A stretch of DNA of 64,000 nucleotides from Lama guanicoe (lineage: Eukaryota). Of this stretch, positions 51,479 through 64,000 are shown piece after piece (the stretch's first letter is position 1; each line of letters begins with the position of its first letter). A program made the translations under genes and the position numbers. Under the pieces are notes generated by a model. That model was not told the DNA's origin. It did no database searches and was given only the letters and a program-made list of their open reading frames with translations. The stretch is taken from contig MU054220.1 in assembly GCA_013239625.1 (NCBI GenBank), positions 310,001 to 374,000 of the forward strand. The letters are read 5' to 3'.

Positions 51479-53017
51479 ATATTCACATTAGGCATATTCT
51501 TACACACGTACACCCACACACACATAGTGGTTTCTGTTTCATTAAAATTATACAATATGCTAATGAGAAATATACTTTTCTCAAATTCTTAAATACAGTA
51601 GTATTTGCATTAAATTCCCATCTTAAGTATACTGCTGTTCCCCACAAACGTCCTACTTCATTATGTGCCTAGAATTTACAGATGGCACTTCTAAGTGAAA
51701 ACATTTCTTTTTTATTATGCTCATTTTTTTCAGTTTTTACTCAAATGTTTTTTCAATTACACTAAGATTTATTGTGCATTTTTGAGTGACCTTTGAGCAT
51801 TTAGGTCCTTTGTGTACCACAATGCATCTTGTAGTTTCTACACTAATGAATAAAAGCTAGTATTAGTAATGTATTAACCAGACATTCAAGTAATTCATAA
51901 TAAGCCTCAAATTCATCATGTAATAAACAATTGAGGGTTCATAAAGCCAAAACACAGTATCCAAAACTAGTGTAAAAGGAAGGCATATTTGGATAGAGAA
52001 TTTCAATCTCAAATCTAAAAGAGATTCAAGTAGAGAGAAGAAAGGATACCAGGCAAAAGGTCTGGCAACTAGACAAGACTTGAGTTGGACAAGACCATGT
52101 CTTAAAGGTAAAGATGTCCTGTTTGCCATGACATGGAAGAACTGTGAGGGCAATATGTTAAGTGAGCTAATTCATACAGAGAAAGACAAGTGCTGTATTC
52201 TCACATATTTGTAGAATCCAAAAAGGTCAAACTCATAGAAACAAAGAGTAGATTGGTGGTTGCTAGGGGCTTAACTATGGGCGAAATGGGTGATTTTGAT
52301 CAAAGTGTACAAGCTTTCTCTCATTTTATGAGTAAGTTATGAGGACCTAATATACATCCATGCCTCTAGTTAACAATGCTGTATTCTACACTTGAAATTT
52401 GCTGAGAGAGTAGATCTCAACTGTCCACACCATGCACACATTAGAAGTGCTACCTCTGTGAGGTGATGAATGTGTTAACTAACCTTATTGGGGTAATCAT
52501 TTCACTATATAAACATATATAACATCATCGCATTGTATACTGTATAATTTTACATGCTACTTGCCAATTATGTTTGAATAAAGCTAGACAAAAAAGAAGA
52601 AGAAAAGAAGTCTAAAGGTTAGATTATACAGAACAATGAAACGAGCCTTGGTAAATTACAGCACTGTGCTGTCATCATCAACTATCAGTTCTTCTGTCAT
52701 TTTCTTCAAGAGAATTTTCTTCCCTTCTTCCTCATCCTCAGCCCTGGTAAAATGCTCCTCTTCGTCTCTTTGTGGCTCACAAATACTCATCTACATAAAG
52801 CACTATTTTACATCACCCTGTTTGTGAGAATTCTTTGCTAAAGGGTTGAGCTTTCCATCCTTTTACCCAAAGCATTGCATGTTGTCTGGGATACAATGGG
52901 AAGATAAACAAATGCATAATAAACTAAAAATACCAGATGATATTTTTGAGTGTTAATTTTTTTGAGTGTTAATCTTAGTAACTTAAAATTAACTGAGCAT
53001 TTGGTAAGTACCTTAAG

Positions 53018-53018
<1 letters not shown>

Positions 53019-53056
<38 letters not shown>

Positions 53057-53145
53057 TATATGTATATACACACACATACATACATATACATATATATACG
53101 TATATATATATGTGTGTATATATACATACTGCATTCACATACACA
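53019..53145. repeat. (CA)n/(TA)n compound microsatellite
   Basis: Seen directly; shorter homologues at ~32120-32185 and ~43145-43200. Confidence 0.95.
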
Positions 53146-55585
53146 ACAGTTTCTTGGAAGGCACATAAAATTGTTATGGACACTAAGATAGTGGATCTAT
53201 AAAGACATGTATATTAATTACTCTAAAAGTAAAAGCTATAAATTCTTGATATCTATTTCATCTGCCTTTGATCTTGTTCCCTGAAGGCTAAAGCACTGAA
53301 GCAGTTTGCTGAGAAAGTGTGGTATGGCCATATATTTGAAATACCATTAAGGATTGAAGGATACTGTTAATTAAAAATTAAGAGCCACTGATGGTCTTAA
53401 ATGTTCTAGCTACCATTATAAGATGACCTTATGTGAAAATACTTCAGAATGGAAGTAAACCTACAAACATCCTCTGTTATTCAAGGTGGTACTTGTGAAA
53501 CACTGTAGCATGTTAGGAAAAGTTCTCACAGTAGAAAAAAAAAAACCTGCAGAGAATTCTTGTTTTAGATAACAGGTTTAAAGATTTCTACTCCTATTCT
53601 ATTCCTAGCATTTTTTATCAATTCACCCAAACTTTGTATTGTTGCATATGATCAGCAGAAAACAGTGGCTAAAATATATTAAAGTTAGGCAAGACAAGAT
53701 GTCAGTGGATTGCCATGAATTAAGTGATTAATAAACACATTGTCTAATTAATCCATTGATGTGTGTATGATAGATACTTATTCCAACATCTAAAGACTGA
53801 GTTGATAAAAATATTGGCTCATTTTATTGGATCTGGTGGATGTGCTATAACAAAAGGAAATTTAAGCTCATTAAATTGAAGACCAAAAATCAAACTGACT
53901 GATTTAGTTAATCGTAGGCTTCCTCTCATAGAATGGGAGAGGTTGAATGAGAAATTATGGAATTTTTTATGGAATTCGTAACTTAGGAAGTTTGGGCAAT
54001 GTTGCAATGTTGCATAATGACTCTTCTTTCTTGACATTCTACAGAAAAGGGGAACACTACATCAAAGGACTTCAATGTATTTTAGCCTGTCTACTTCAAT
54101 CTTCTTCATTCTTTTCCCTTTCAGTCTCTTCATATCACATCCCTCTCACATATCCATCAGAAAACTTCCTTGTCCAAATACAGATTTATCAATGACAGTG
54201 TGTAGTGAGTTAACACCATAGTCAAATTCCTATGTCTTGACCTCCTCCTTCATCCTTGCCACTGAGATACTTAAGCATAAATATGACAAAATAATGTTAG
54301 ATTTGGGTACATGTCCAACACAGAGGACAGACAGATACATACTGGTCATAGGCTGTGTAAGTGCACTCGTTATAGATAGAACAGTAATGGTATTCAATAA
54401 CTCAGTAAGTAGGAAGTTCTGTGTTAAAGCCAGAAGCAGCATTTTTTCATCTCCCTGGACATCTCTCTCTTTAGAACCATGCTGTGAACCAGGTAGCATG
54501 GCCACTCTAAATTTAACTCAGCACTCTTCCTTCATATCCCTCAGACCCCCACTATGTGAACAGGACTCCAATTAGATACCTCTAATCTAGTTCTATCCAG
54601 CTGATACAATCTGTCCCTATAAAATATGACAGCTGCCATGTAAATCCATCCCCAGTGTTGGACAGGATTATGACTCATCTACAGAATGGTGAAATATAAA
54701 CAATTTAAATATCAACTAATGGTGAAGATGTGGAACAACTGTGGCTTTTACATTGACAGTAGAATGAAAATTGGTAAAACTCCATGGCTCAGTCTACTAC
54801 AGCTGGACATATAAATGCCCTGTGATCCTAAAATACCATTCCGGCTAGAGCCGGGTTCTGACTGAACAAAATGCAACCCAAGCCCAGAGGATGTCTGCAT
54901 CCCAGAAGACAGGCTGCTCCTCAAGGCCACTAGACCAACATCCCTTCAATCTGCCTCCACCCAAAAGTTTGAACCTGTCGTATATATGGATATAAGATTT
55001 CAAATAGTTTCTTCACATATATATGTGTAAATATTTCTCTCCCGATATATTTACATGGCAGCTCATAGCTTTCAGAGACTCTCTTCTTAAAGAAAAGACT
55101 CCAAAGTGACTTTTTGCCAATTTCAATTGATCAAGCAATTTAAGTACTACAAAAATTCAAAGGGAAGATGTATAGGTACTTTATTTCTAAGGAAAATATG
55201 TAAAAACCTGTATAGCCATCTTTAATCTGCCCAAACTATCATCAGTCCATTAGAAAACTCTGTTATTTCTAATTCCAGATTATTTTATTAGTAATTTTAA
55301 AATATTTTAATTAAATATATGAGTTGTGTTGTAATCTAGTTTCATTTTTGGTGTAGTCATACCTACCAAAGCAATCAAATGAAGCAGGACTTAAGCAACA
55401 CACATGGGAAAGGAGAGTAACAGACATTTTAATCCTTCAGGTTATTGTGAAAGTAGAATTTATTCTGAGACCTTGGGAAATGGGCCAATCACATCAGATG
55501 CTAAGATGGTAGACCAAAGTCCAAAGAGTGTGGAGAATTCCATTGCTATCTGCTGGGGAGGATTTAGGGAGGACATGAAATCTAA

Positions 55586-56260
55586 TGGTACAGCCACTAA
55601 GGAAAACAGTATGGAGTTTCCTCAAAAAATTAAAAATACAACTACTATATGGTCCAGCAATTCCACTCCTCGGTATATACCTGAAGCATACAAAAACAAT
55701 AATTCCAAAAGATATATGCACTCTAATGCTCACAGAGCATTATTTGCAATAGCTGAAATATGGAATCAACCTATGTGCCCATAACAGATGAATAGATAAA
55801 GAAGAGGTGGTATATGTATGCAATGGAACGTTACTCAACCCTACAAAAGATTGAAATTTGCCATTTACAATGACATGAATGGCCCTGGAGAGTATTATGC
55901 TTAGTGAAATAAGTTACACTGAGAAAGACAAATACTTTATACTTTCCCCTATATGTGGAATCTAAGAAATAACACAAATGAATGAATATAAAGGAACAGA
56001 AATAGCCTGACAGATAGAACAAATTAGTGGTTACCAGTGATGGGAATGATGGGGGAGAGGCAAGACTAAAGGGGATTAAGAGGTACAAAATAATAAGTAT
56101 AAACTAAATAAAATGCAAGGATGTAATACATGACACAGGGTTATAGCCAATATTTTATAATAAGTTTATTCTGAGTATAATCTCTAAAAATATAGAATCA
56201 TTAATCTGTACACCTGTAACTAGTATAATATTGTAATTCAATTATACTTCAATGAAAAAA
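55586..56260 (+). mobile_element. L1 (L1MA9-like) ORF2 end and 3'UTR, specific to unit D
   Basis: ggtacagccact...ggaaaacagtatggag...ccagcaattccactcct; ends attatacttcaatgaaaaaa; absent at the homologous site in units A-C. Confidence 0.85.
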
Positions 56261-57072
56261 GAAACTTCCAGTATTTCTCAATGTACAAATCTTGTACTGA
56301 TAATAGCAAACACATTATTTTAAGAAAATAAAAATCAAACTCTGCTTATTTAGAAAAATCATCAAAAATACAAAAAAATTTTAAATGAATCATCCTTGCA
56401 CATATGAACAATAGCATTAGGAAAATTCCCAAACCCAGTGCATTTCTATTCTTTGTACATCATTCCCCACTTTAATAGACAGAAATACTTAGTAACTATC
56501 TAGAAAGTGATTATCTTTGCAAATTCTATTAGCAATTTTAGGAAATACAAAAAATGGTACAGAACTTTTCCTAAAGTCTTAAATGTAGTAGACACATTCT
56601 TAGACAAATAAAATAAACATAATGGAGAAACAGTACACTGTGTAGAGAATGTGGTGAAGTCACAATTTCAGTGAAATGTTCTGGATGTTACATGGACGGG
56701 GAATGAGAACAAGACAATGCTTGGTGATGAAGGCTGCCCTGGAAGGTAGCATTAACAGGAATGTTACAGCATCATTATTCACAACAGCCAGAAAGTAGAA
56801 ACAACCCAGTGTTCATCCAAATGAAGAGTGGATCCATAAAATGTGCTATATCCACAAAATAAAATATTATTCAGCCATATAATGAAACAGAATTCTAACA
56901 CATGCAACAACATGGATGAACCTTTAACACATCTTACTGAAGAAAAAAAGCCTGGCAGGAAAAACTCATATTGCATGGTTCTGTTTATATGAGATGTCCA
57001 GAAGAGGAAATCACACAGAATCCAGAAGCAAATTAGTGGTTGCCAGGGCTGGATGGGGGGGGTGGGGGGGGG

Positions 57073-57151
57073 NNNNNNNNNNNNNNNNNNNNNNNNNNNN
57101 NNNNNNNNNNNNNNNNNNNNNNNNNNNNNNNNNNNNNNNNNNNNNNNNNNN
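57073..57151. other. Assembly gap (79 N) flanked by poly-G
   Basis: N run between G tracts inside an L1MB fragment. Confidence 0.99.
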
Positions 57152-57424
57152 NGGGGGGGGGGGGGGGGGGGTTGGGCGTTGGAGGGAAAGCTGACAGGCG
57201 GTAAGTATGGGTTTCTTACTGGAGTGATAAAAATGTTCTGGAATTAGACAGTGCTAATGGCTGAACAACCTTGAAAATATATTAAAATCCAAAGGACTGT
57301 ATACACTAAAAGGGTTTTATGGCATATGTATTATATTTCAATATAAGAGAAAATATGATCAAAAAGATACTAATGTTCCTAAATAAGGGAGTGAAGGAGA
57401 ATGTTTCAAAGACACAATGAACAA

Positions 57425-58004
57425 TGGGAAGGAGTGGGAAATTGCTCCCCCAACAGGTAAAGAGCAAAGACTCCAATTCTTGTCATACCTGAAAGATAAA
57501 ATTACAATCGGGCGACAGTGTGTTGTGTAGCAGAAGATTTTAAAAGATTTATTTAGAAAAGAAAAAAGGGCACCTCCAAGAATGGGAGGTGGGCTGACCC
57601 AAGGGAGGAAAAGCGGAGGGTTTTGTCTCCCCTTTCTCTTATACCCTCGGTTAGAGGTGGTCTTTTGATTGATTGATTGATGGCTCTTGTCCCTGGAGTG
57701 CTTAGTCATGTTTGGTCCCCTTTGCGCATGTCCTTACTCATGGTACACACAGAAGACCCCATGGTGGGGGGGTTGCTAAACTGCAATGTTAATTATAATA
57801 CACTGACCATTGGGTCAAGTCTAGTTAAGTCCTTTCTGCTACTGCACAGTCGTGGCTGTCAGATTCTAACCAATTTCTTGCTGGCGCTCATTTAGAAGAA
57901 GTAAAGTCCATTTATGCTGGAGATGGGCATAATGTCATCTTCTGGACCCTCTTCCCTCTCCTCCACTTGTACACCCAGTGCCCCCACTTATCTAACTACC
58001 TAAA
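57425..58004 (-). mobile_element. Solo ERV LTR, specific to unit D; edges approximate
   Basis: Absent from units A-C; ends ttatctaactacctaa, the reverse of a taggtagttagataa LTR start. Confidence 0.65.
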
Positions 58005-58185
58005 AAAATGATTAAAGAGGGATCTATTTGAGTTTCATTAGATTTCCTCTGACTTGGGGAAAGAGTTTCAAGGTCACTGTGAAACATACCATTAAAATAA
58101 TCTGCAGTTTTCTTCCCACTGGAGATAAGTTTGGTGATAATAATGAAGCCATTTAAGCTCACCCTTTCCTAAAGTTGCTTCTGAA

Positions 58186-58345
58186 TTCACAGGGGAATAT
58201 AGAAAAGTAGAAACATAATTAATGATGTTTTGCATAACATGAATGCCTACGAGCAGTAGCAGAGATTTAAACCCCAATGTACCTGGTAAAACAAAAGGCC
58301 GTCTGCTATTGCTCAGCTACCCAAGACTTCCTCATCTCAGGTAGG
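58186..58345 (+). promoter_or_regulatory. Candidate promoter/exon 1 of OR5W copy D
   Basis: TTCACAGGGGAA, TAATTAATGA and donor CAG|GTAGG at 58341. Confidence 0.5.
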
Positions 58346-58377
58346 TTTCAAGGTCCTAATTTAAAGAATATAAGTCA

Positions 58378-58996
58378 CATAGAATACTAACCTGTGGTTG
58401 CCGGGGGGAGGGTGGTGGGAAGGGACAGACTGGGAGTTCAAAATTTGTAGATACTGACAGGCATACGTAGAAAAGATAAACAAGACTATACTGTAGAGCA
58501 CAGGGAAATATATACAAGATCTTGTGGTAGCTCCAGTGAAAAAGAATGTGACAATGAATATATATGTTCATGTAAAATCGAAAATTTGTGCTCTACACTG
58601 GAAATTGACACAACGTTGTAAACTGACTATAACTCAATTAAAAAAAAAACTGTCAAAGTCACTAAAAACAAAGAAAGTTTGAGAAACTGTCACAGCGAAC
58701 AGGAGCCTAAGGAGACATGATTCCTAAATGTAATGTGGTGTCCTGGATGAGATCTTGGACTAAAGAAGAGAAAAGGTAAAAACTAACAAAATCTAAATTA
58801 AGTATGGGCTTTAGTTGATGATAATGAGTTAATATTAGTTCATTAATTGCAATATGTCATACTAATGTAAGAGGTTAATAATAGGAGACACTGGGTATGG
58901 GGCATATGTCAACCTCTGTACCATCCTTGTATATTTTTTGTAAATCTAAAACTGTTCTAATAAATAAAGTTTATTTTAAAATATCACACACACACA
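58378..58996 (+). mobile_element. Young L1 3' end (58378-58649) plus old L1MC/MD-like segment (58650-58980) within one TSD
   Basis: TSD aaagaatataagtca (58363-58377) / aaaaattataagtca (58997-59011); empty site in units A-C. Confidence 0.8.
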
Positions 58997-60293
58997 AAAA
59001 ATTATAAGTCAAAAAAACTTACCTTTTTGGGGAAAAAAGAAATTTGTAAATAAAATATTTTATGTCTGTTTATTTAGTTAAATAAGCTCTGTAATTTCAT
59101 GCCCCAAAATGATATTTTCTTCTGGAAGAATCTGTCTGCACTTGGTGGTATCCATGACACAACTTTTATGTTCATTTATTTTGATGTTGGTTCCAGGGAA
59201 GACTTCACTCCTCTTATCGTTAGAGAAGCAGACATGCAAATTTAAGGGGTTTCCTTTTTTGGTTTTATTTAAAAGATAATGTAGGTACCACATTAAAAAT
59301 TAAAATGTGCAAATTCATCTTCATGGCCACGTTTACTTCTAAAGAAAAAGTTTCTTAACCACATTCTATTCTCATGTACACCTGAAACATATCGTAAATA
59401 TGCAAACACATGGCACACACATGACACACACATGCACAAGGGAGAGCGACCACGTGTGTGTCAGAAGCACTCATTGTTCTTCATCCTGCTTCAGTTTCTT
59501 AATATAAAGCTCCATTTAAAATCCAAAGAGATGCAAACGCATGTATTAAATCTGTTGTTTTCACTTCCTTTTAGCATTTTGCTTTGACTGTTTGAGACCC
59601 CTCCTTTGGCACCAGATACTCTACAAACAGGTAATGAATAGTGTGGCAAAGCCATAACAAATTTCTAGAGAAAGGTCGATGTTACTTATTCCATATCTCA
59701 CTAAATCCTAAACAGCAGGATCGATAACATAATTGTTTTAATTGTTATTAGTGTGTTATATGCTAATAGATTCTAAGACTAATACACAAATATTTCAAAT
59801 CATTTTTTTTGAGGAACACAATAATTGGCATCATTTTTTTCTGTATCCATGGAATTTTTTCAAGCATAGTAAATATTCGGTCCTGTATCTTACATAGCCT
59901 GGTGTCTCTAACACTGATGTTTCTTCCACATTGTTCTGAAGATGTAATGAGATATCAATTTACCCACATATCTTTCTTGAAACAAGAAAGGTAAAGCTCA
60001 GGTAAGTTAAAGAGCTTGTAGAAAGTAACATAGGTCATGAAGAGCATCTGGATTTAGATGGAAGTGTCTCACACTATCCATCCCAAATACCTTTTATTAT
60101 TGCTGTGCAGATAGCAATGCTTCTTGAAAAAGTGATTATTGACCAAGTACTTTCCTGAGTGTAAAAAGAAAATGGCAGAAGTGAACCATGTTCTTCCTTA
60201 CAGATACTGCGTGGATGTACAGACATGATATACGTGCGTGTGTCATTGTCTTGATCATTTCCTCAAAAGTTGAGACAGGAACATTTTAGAAGA

Positions 60294-61220
60294 ATGGAAA
60301 GAGGAAACTGCTCCTCCTTCACTGAATTCATATTTTTGGGAATTACTGATAACCCTGGGATTAAAACGACCCTTTGTGTCACGTTCTTTGTTGTGTATCT
60401 CATTAATCTCCTGGCCAATCTTGGAATGATCATCCTAATTAGACTGGATTCCAAGCTGCACACACCCATGTACTTTTTCCTCAGCCACCTCTCTTTCTGT
60501 GACCTCTGCTATTCCACAGCAATTGGCCCCAAGATGCTGGTAGATCTTTTAGCCAAGAACAAATCCATCCCCTTCCTTGGCTGTGCCCTGCAGTTCTTGG
60601 TCTCCTGTACCTTTGCAGATTCTGAGTGCCTCCTGCTGGCCGTGATGGCCTATGACCGGTACAAGGCCATCAGCAACCCCCTGCTCTACACAGTCAGCAT
60701 GTCCGGCAGCGTGTGCTCCCTGCTCGTGGCGGGGGTGTACCTGGTGGGGATGGCGGATGCTTTGATACACACGACGTTAGCCTTCCGCTTATGTTTCTGT
60801 GGCTCAAATGAGATTAACCATTTCTTCTGTGATTTACCTCCTCTCTTCCTCCTTTCCTGCTCAGATACACAGGTCAATGAGTTAGTGATATTCACCGTTT
60901 TTGGCTTCATTGAACTGAGTACCATTTCAGGAGTCCTTGTCTCTTACTGTTATATTATCCTGTCAGTGTTGAAGATCCACTCTGCTGAGGGGAGGCTCAA
61001 AGCTTTCTCCACCTGCTCCTCCCACCTAACTGCTGTGGCCATTTTCCAGGGGACTCTGCTCTTCACGTATTTCCGGCCGAGTTCTTCCTACTCTCTGGAT
61101 CAAGACAAAATGATCTCATTGTTTTACACCCTAGTGATTCCCATGTTAAACCCTCTGATTTACAGCCTACGGAACAAGGATGTGATAGAGGCCCTGAAAA
61201 AACTGAAACTTAAAAGATGA
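60294..61220 (+). CDS. Olfactory receptor OR5W2-like, copy D, intact, 308 aa; ATG at 60294 (ORF track uses TTG at 60270)
   Basis: MERGNCSS start is homologous to MDRGNCSS of the paralogues; full OR motif set. Confidence 0.94.
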   Translation: MERGNCSSFTEFIFLGITDNPGIKTTLCVTFFVVYLINLLANLGMIILIRLDSKLHTPMYFFLSHLSFCDLCYSTAIGPKMLVDLLAKNKSIPFLGCALQFLVSCTFADSECLLLAVMAYDRYKAISNPLLYTVSMSGSVCSLLVAGVYLVGMADALIHTTLAFRLCFCGSNEINHFFCDLPPLFLLSCSDTQVNELVIFTVFGFIELSTISGVLVSYCYIILSVLKIHSAEGRLKAFSTCSSHLTAVAIFQGTLLFTYFRPSSSYSLDQDKMISLFYTLVIPMLNPLIYSLRNKDVIEALKKLKLKR

Positions 61221-61871
61221 TTTTAAATATATTACACTCACAAATACACCCACACAATGTAGTTTTTGTATTTGTAAAATTGCTTTGTATAATACAAGAG
61301 AAACGATCTTGTCTAAAATATTTTAATAGATAAAATGAATATTTATTCTAAAGCCTGATCTTAAGAAATTTGCAGTTCCCCAAATATGGCATACTTTATT
61401 ATTTGTCCAGAATTTGAATGGCACTCCCTCTTTGTAGAAAACTTTTGACTTTTCTAATTTTGTCCAATGTTTTGTTCATTTTTTTCATTCAAACATTAAT
61501 TTGTTATACTTAAATTGATTGTGTATTTACTAAGTGAAATTTGAGCATTTAAGTGCATTTTATTCCCTGGTACATCAAGTAGTTTCCTTACTAATGAATC
61601 TTATTACCTTTTTGAAGGAACTGAGGTTAATTAAATAGGCATCAAATAATTCATACTGATCCCAACATCATCATGAAGTAAAACCGAGGGGCATTGAATC
61701 CAAAGACAACGTCCAGAACTAGTGTGAAGGAAAGGCTTTATTGGGTGGGGATTTTGAGTTTCAAATATTAAAAACAGATGCATATTTGGAGAGGAAACAA
61801 GGGCGAGGAGAAGATCTGACAATTAAAGAGGTATTGAGGTGATGAAGCCCATAACCATAGAAGTAAAGAAG

Positions 61872-62546
61872 TTTTGGGGAAGAAAAACTTTTACTTCTGC
61901 CCTTCAGGTTTCTTCTGGTTGGTCTAAAAATTAAATTGATATTAAACAGATTAACCAGAGGAAAAAACCCAAATTTAATTATATCCATAAGGAGAATCCA
62001 CATAACATGAGAGATTCCAAAGACAGGTAAAATGGTGTATATATGTTATCGTAAACAAAAGAGAAAGGGCTGTGGGTCTGGAATTCAAAGGGAAGGAAAG
62101 CAGTTCACAAGAAGATGAAAAGAGCAAATGTTTGGTGAACAATCATGTCCTTGGCTGTACAGAATCAATGAGACACAGACATTTTAACCGGCTGTTTTTA
62201 GGTTCCTCCCTGTCTACCACACATTGTTCATATTACACTGTCGTTATCTGTGGTAATAGTCCACTTCCTGAAACAGGTCCTTTCTCTAAATTCTTTTAGG
62301 CAGTTAAGGAGGGGGTAAAAACCAAGAACTTTCTGGGTCTTCTGTTTCTTCTTTTCTTCTTTTTTTTTTTTACAGTTCGACTGCACATACACATTATATT
62401 GCACGTAAATTCGTATATACAGTATACTGCACATTTTTTTAGTTTACATATACGTACTTGAGTCTTCTGTTTCTTAAAAATATTCAGCCTAAAATAATCC
62501 TCATGTCAAAGAGACATTTTGGGGTGGCACATTTTGATCCCCTACA
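61872..62546 (-). mobile_element. ERV1-type solo LTR (MER21/MER34-like), specific to unit D
   Basis: Ends ggggtggcacattttgatcccctaca; interrupts sequence that is contiguous in the other units. Confidence 0.7.
62351..62458 (-). mobile_element. Short poly(A)-tailed retro-insertion of unidentified origin
   Basis: T-rich tail 62351-62371, 87-bp body, TSD gtcttctgtttctt at 62337-62350 and 62462-62475. Confidence 0.8.
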
Positions 62547-64000
62547 AAATTATATTCACCAAAACATGGGTGAACCTTGAGAGCATTTTGCTAAGTGAAG
62601 TAAGTCAGACAGAGAAAGACAAATGCTCTATGTTCTCCTTTATATGTAGAATCTAAAAAAGTTGAACTCAAAGAAACAGAGTAGAAGAGTAGCTACCAGG
62701 GATGGAGGAGAGGGAAGAACTGAATGGTGATGTTGATCAAATGATACAAACTTTCTGTTGTAACATGAATGGTTTCTGGGGATCTAATGTACAACATGGT
62801 GACTCTAGTTGACAACACCATACTGTATAGTTGAAATTTGCTAAGGAAGTAGATCTAAATCTTTTCAGCACAACAGAAAAATGGTAACTATGTAAAATAA
62901 CATCTATTTATTAACCTTCTAGTGGTAATCTTTGATAAATTATACATATATCAAAATATGCATTGTGCACCTTAAAGAAACCCAGTATTGTCAATTATAT
63001 CTCAATAAAGATGGGGGAAAAAAAAGAAGAAAAAGTATCCAATTGGTTAGGTTATAAAGAGCAATGGAAAGCGCCTTGGAAAAACATAGCATTGTGCTTT
63101 AATTATCAGCAATCAACCTCTCTAAAAGATATATAAATTTTTGTATATAAATTTACCCTCTTTCCACTAAAGTAATGTTTAAAAAAGCAAAGGAGGTATG
63201 AGTAATTGTATATAAACCAGAAGATGAATGAAATAAATGAATACACATCAGTAGAAAGAAATACAATGCCTCTGTTAAGGACATTTTATATGTAAATGTG
63301 TTTATTGAGGTATTGTTTTATTTAAAAATGTAATAGTATATCCAAGAAAATATTGTTGTTTCTCCATTGCTACATATAGGCATTGTGATTTGAGTTTGAT
63401 ATCCCTATCTTTATGTAGAATCTTTAATTGTCATGAGAAGTTAAGTGGATGTGTGTGTGTTGTGAAAATGTGTGTATGTATTGTCTGTTATGGAATTAAA
63501 ACAATGTACCTACACTGGGATTAGTAAAGCATAAATAATAAATGTTGGTTGAGTGGTAATCATAGACTATTTTTAACCAGGTATAAGACTGGGCATTGAG
63601 GAAGACAGGAACAAAAGAATAATGGGGAAAAATCTATATTTCTATCTCAATAACCCTACTTATTTGAAATATCTGATGATAAACCATATGATTAAACTTG
63701 TCATCACTTATTTCTGAGTACCAAATGTTGAAAAACCCAGGGACCAGACACAGACAGCGATATAAATTCTAAGTAATGCTGGAGACAACATTGCCTGGGT
63801 AGATAGAACCACATCCAGGAGAAACATCACAAGTTTAGTCACAGGTACTAATAATTTTGGGTGTGATTTTCTCATTTTTTATTTTATTTTTCCTTAGTTA
63901 TTTTCTTCTTTTCATGAGCATAATAAATTTCACCTTTAGTAAACAAAATTGTATCATGTGTTGTGGAGAAAATCTTAAATATTTACACATTTTTAGCACA

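Larger units (their letters stand above)
25750..63120 (+). repeat. Tandem array of four OR5W units: A ~25.75-36.3 kb, B ~36.3-47.0 kb, C ~47.0-55.0 kb, D ~55.0-63.1 kb
   Basis: Non-coding landmarks recur in the same order (MLT1 remnant, unique block, L1MB piece, cctcatctcaggt, CDS, downstream L1 piece). CDS spacings are 11083, 9769 and 9748 bp. Unit edges are approximate. Confidence 0.9.

Noticed and set aside
55404..55784. 126-aa ORF
   Set aside because: Chance fusion of unique DNA with an L1 ORF2 remnant.
57050..57175. Poly-G runs as a possible G-quadruplex
   Set aside because: They flank an assembly gap, so the true sequence is unknown; the tract is an expansion within L1.

Overview
Mammalian genomic DNA, very probably a camelid (two tRNA-derived SINEs match the Vic-1 type). 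The window is part of a class II olfactory receptor (OR) cluster with the order OR10AG-like, OR5I1, OR5W-like, as I recall for human 11q12. There are seven single-coding-exon OR loci. Two OR10AG-like genes lie head-to-head (327-1286 minus; about 10227-11174 plus). An OR5I1 orthologue has a nonsense codon at the NPxxY tyrosine. Four OR5W2-like genes sit in tandem units of about 10-11 kb (copies A-D); copy B spans an assembly gap and has an apparent 5-bp deletion. Intergenic DNA is mostly L1, LTR/MaLR, MIR, MER58 and SINE remnants, plus candidate Lhx2/Ebf promoters and 5'UTR exons. I did not find a wholly new biological system. The most notable observations are a probable L1 3' transduction, an unidentified poly(A) retro-insertion with target-site duplication (TSD), a fold-back template-switch rearrangement, patchy GC-rich gene conversion among the OR5W copies that leaves TM3 variable, a chimeric origin for copy B, and splice-site turnover in paralogous 5'UTRs. 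All comparisons were made by eye; repeat family names and orthology come from recall and need confirmation.
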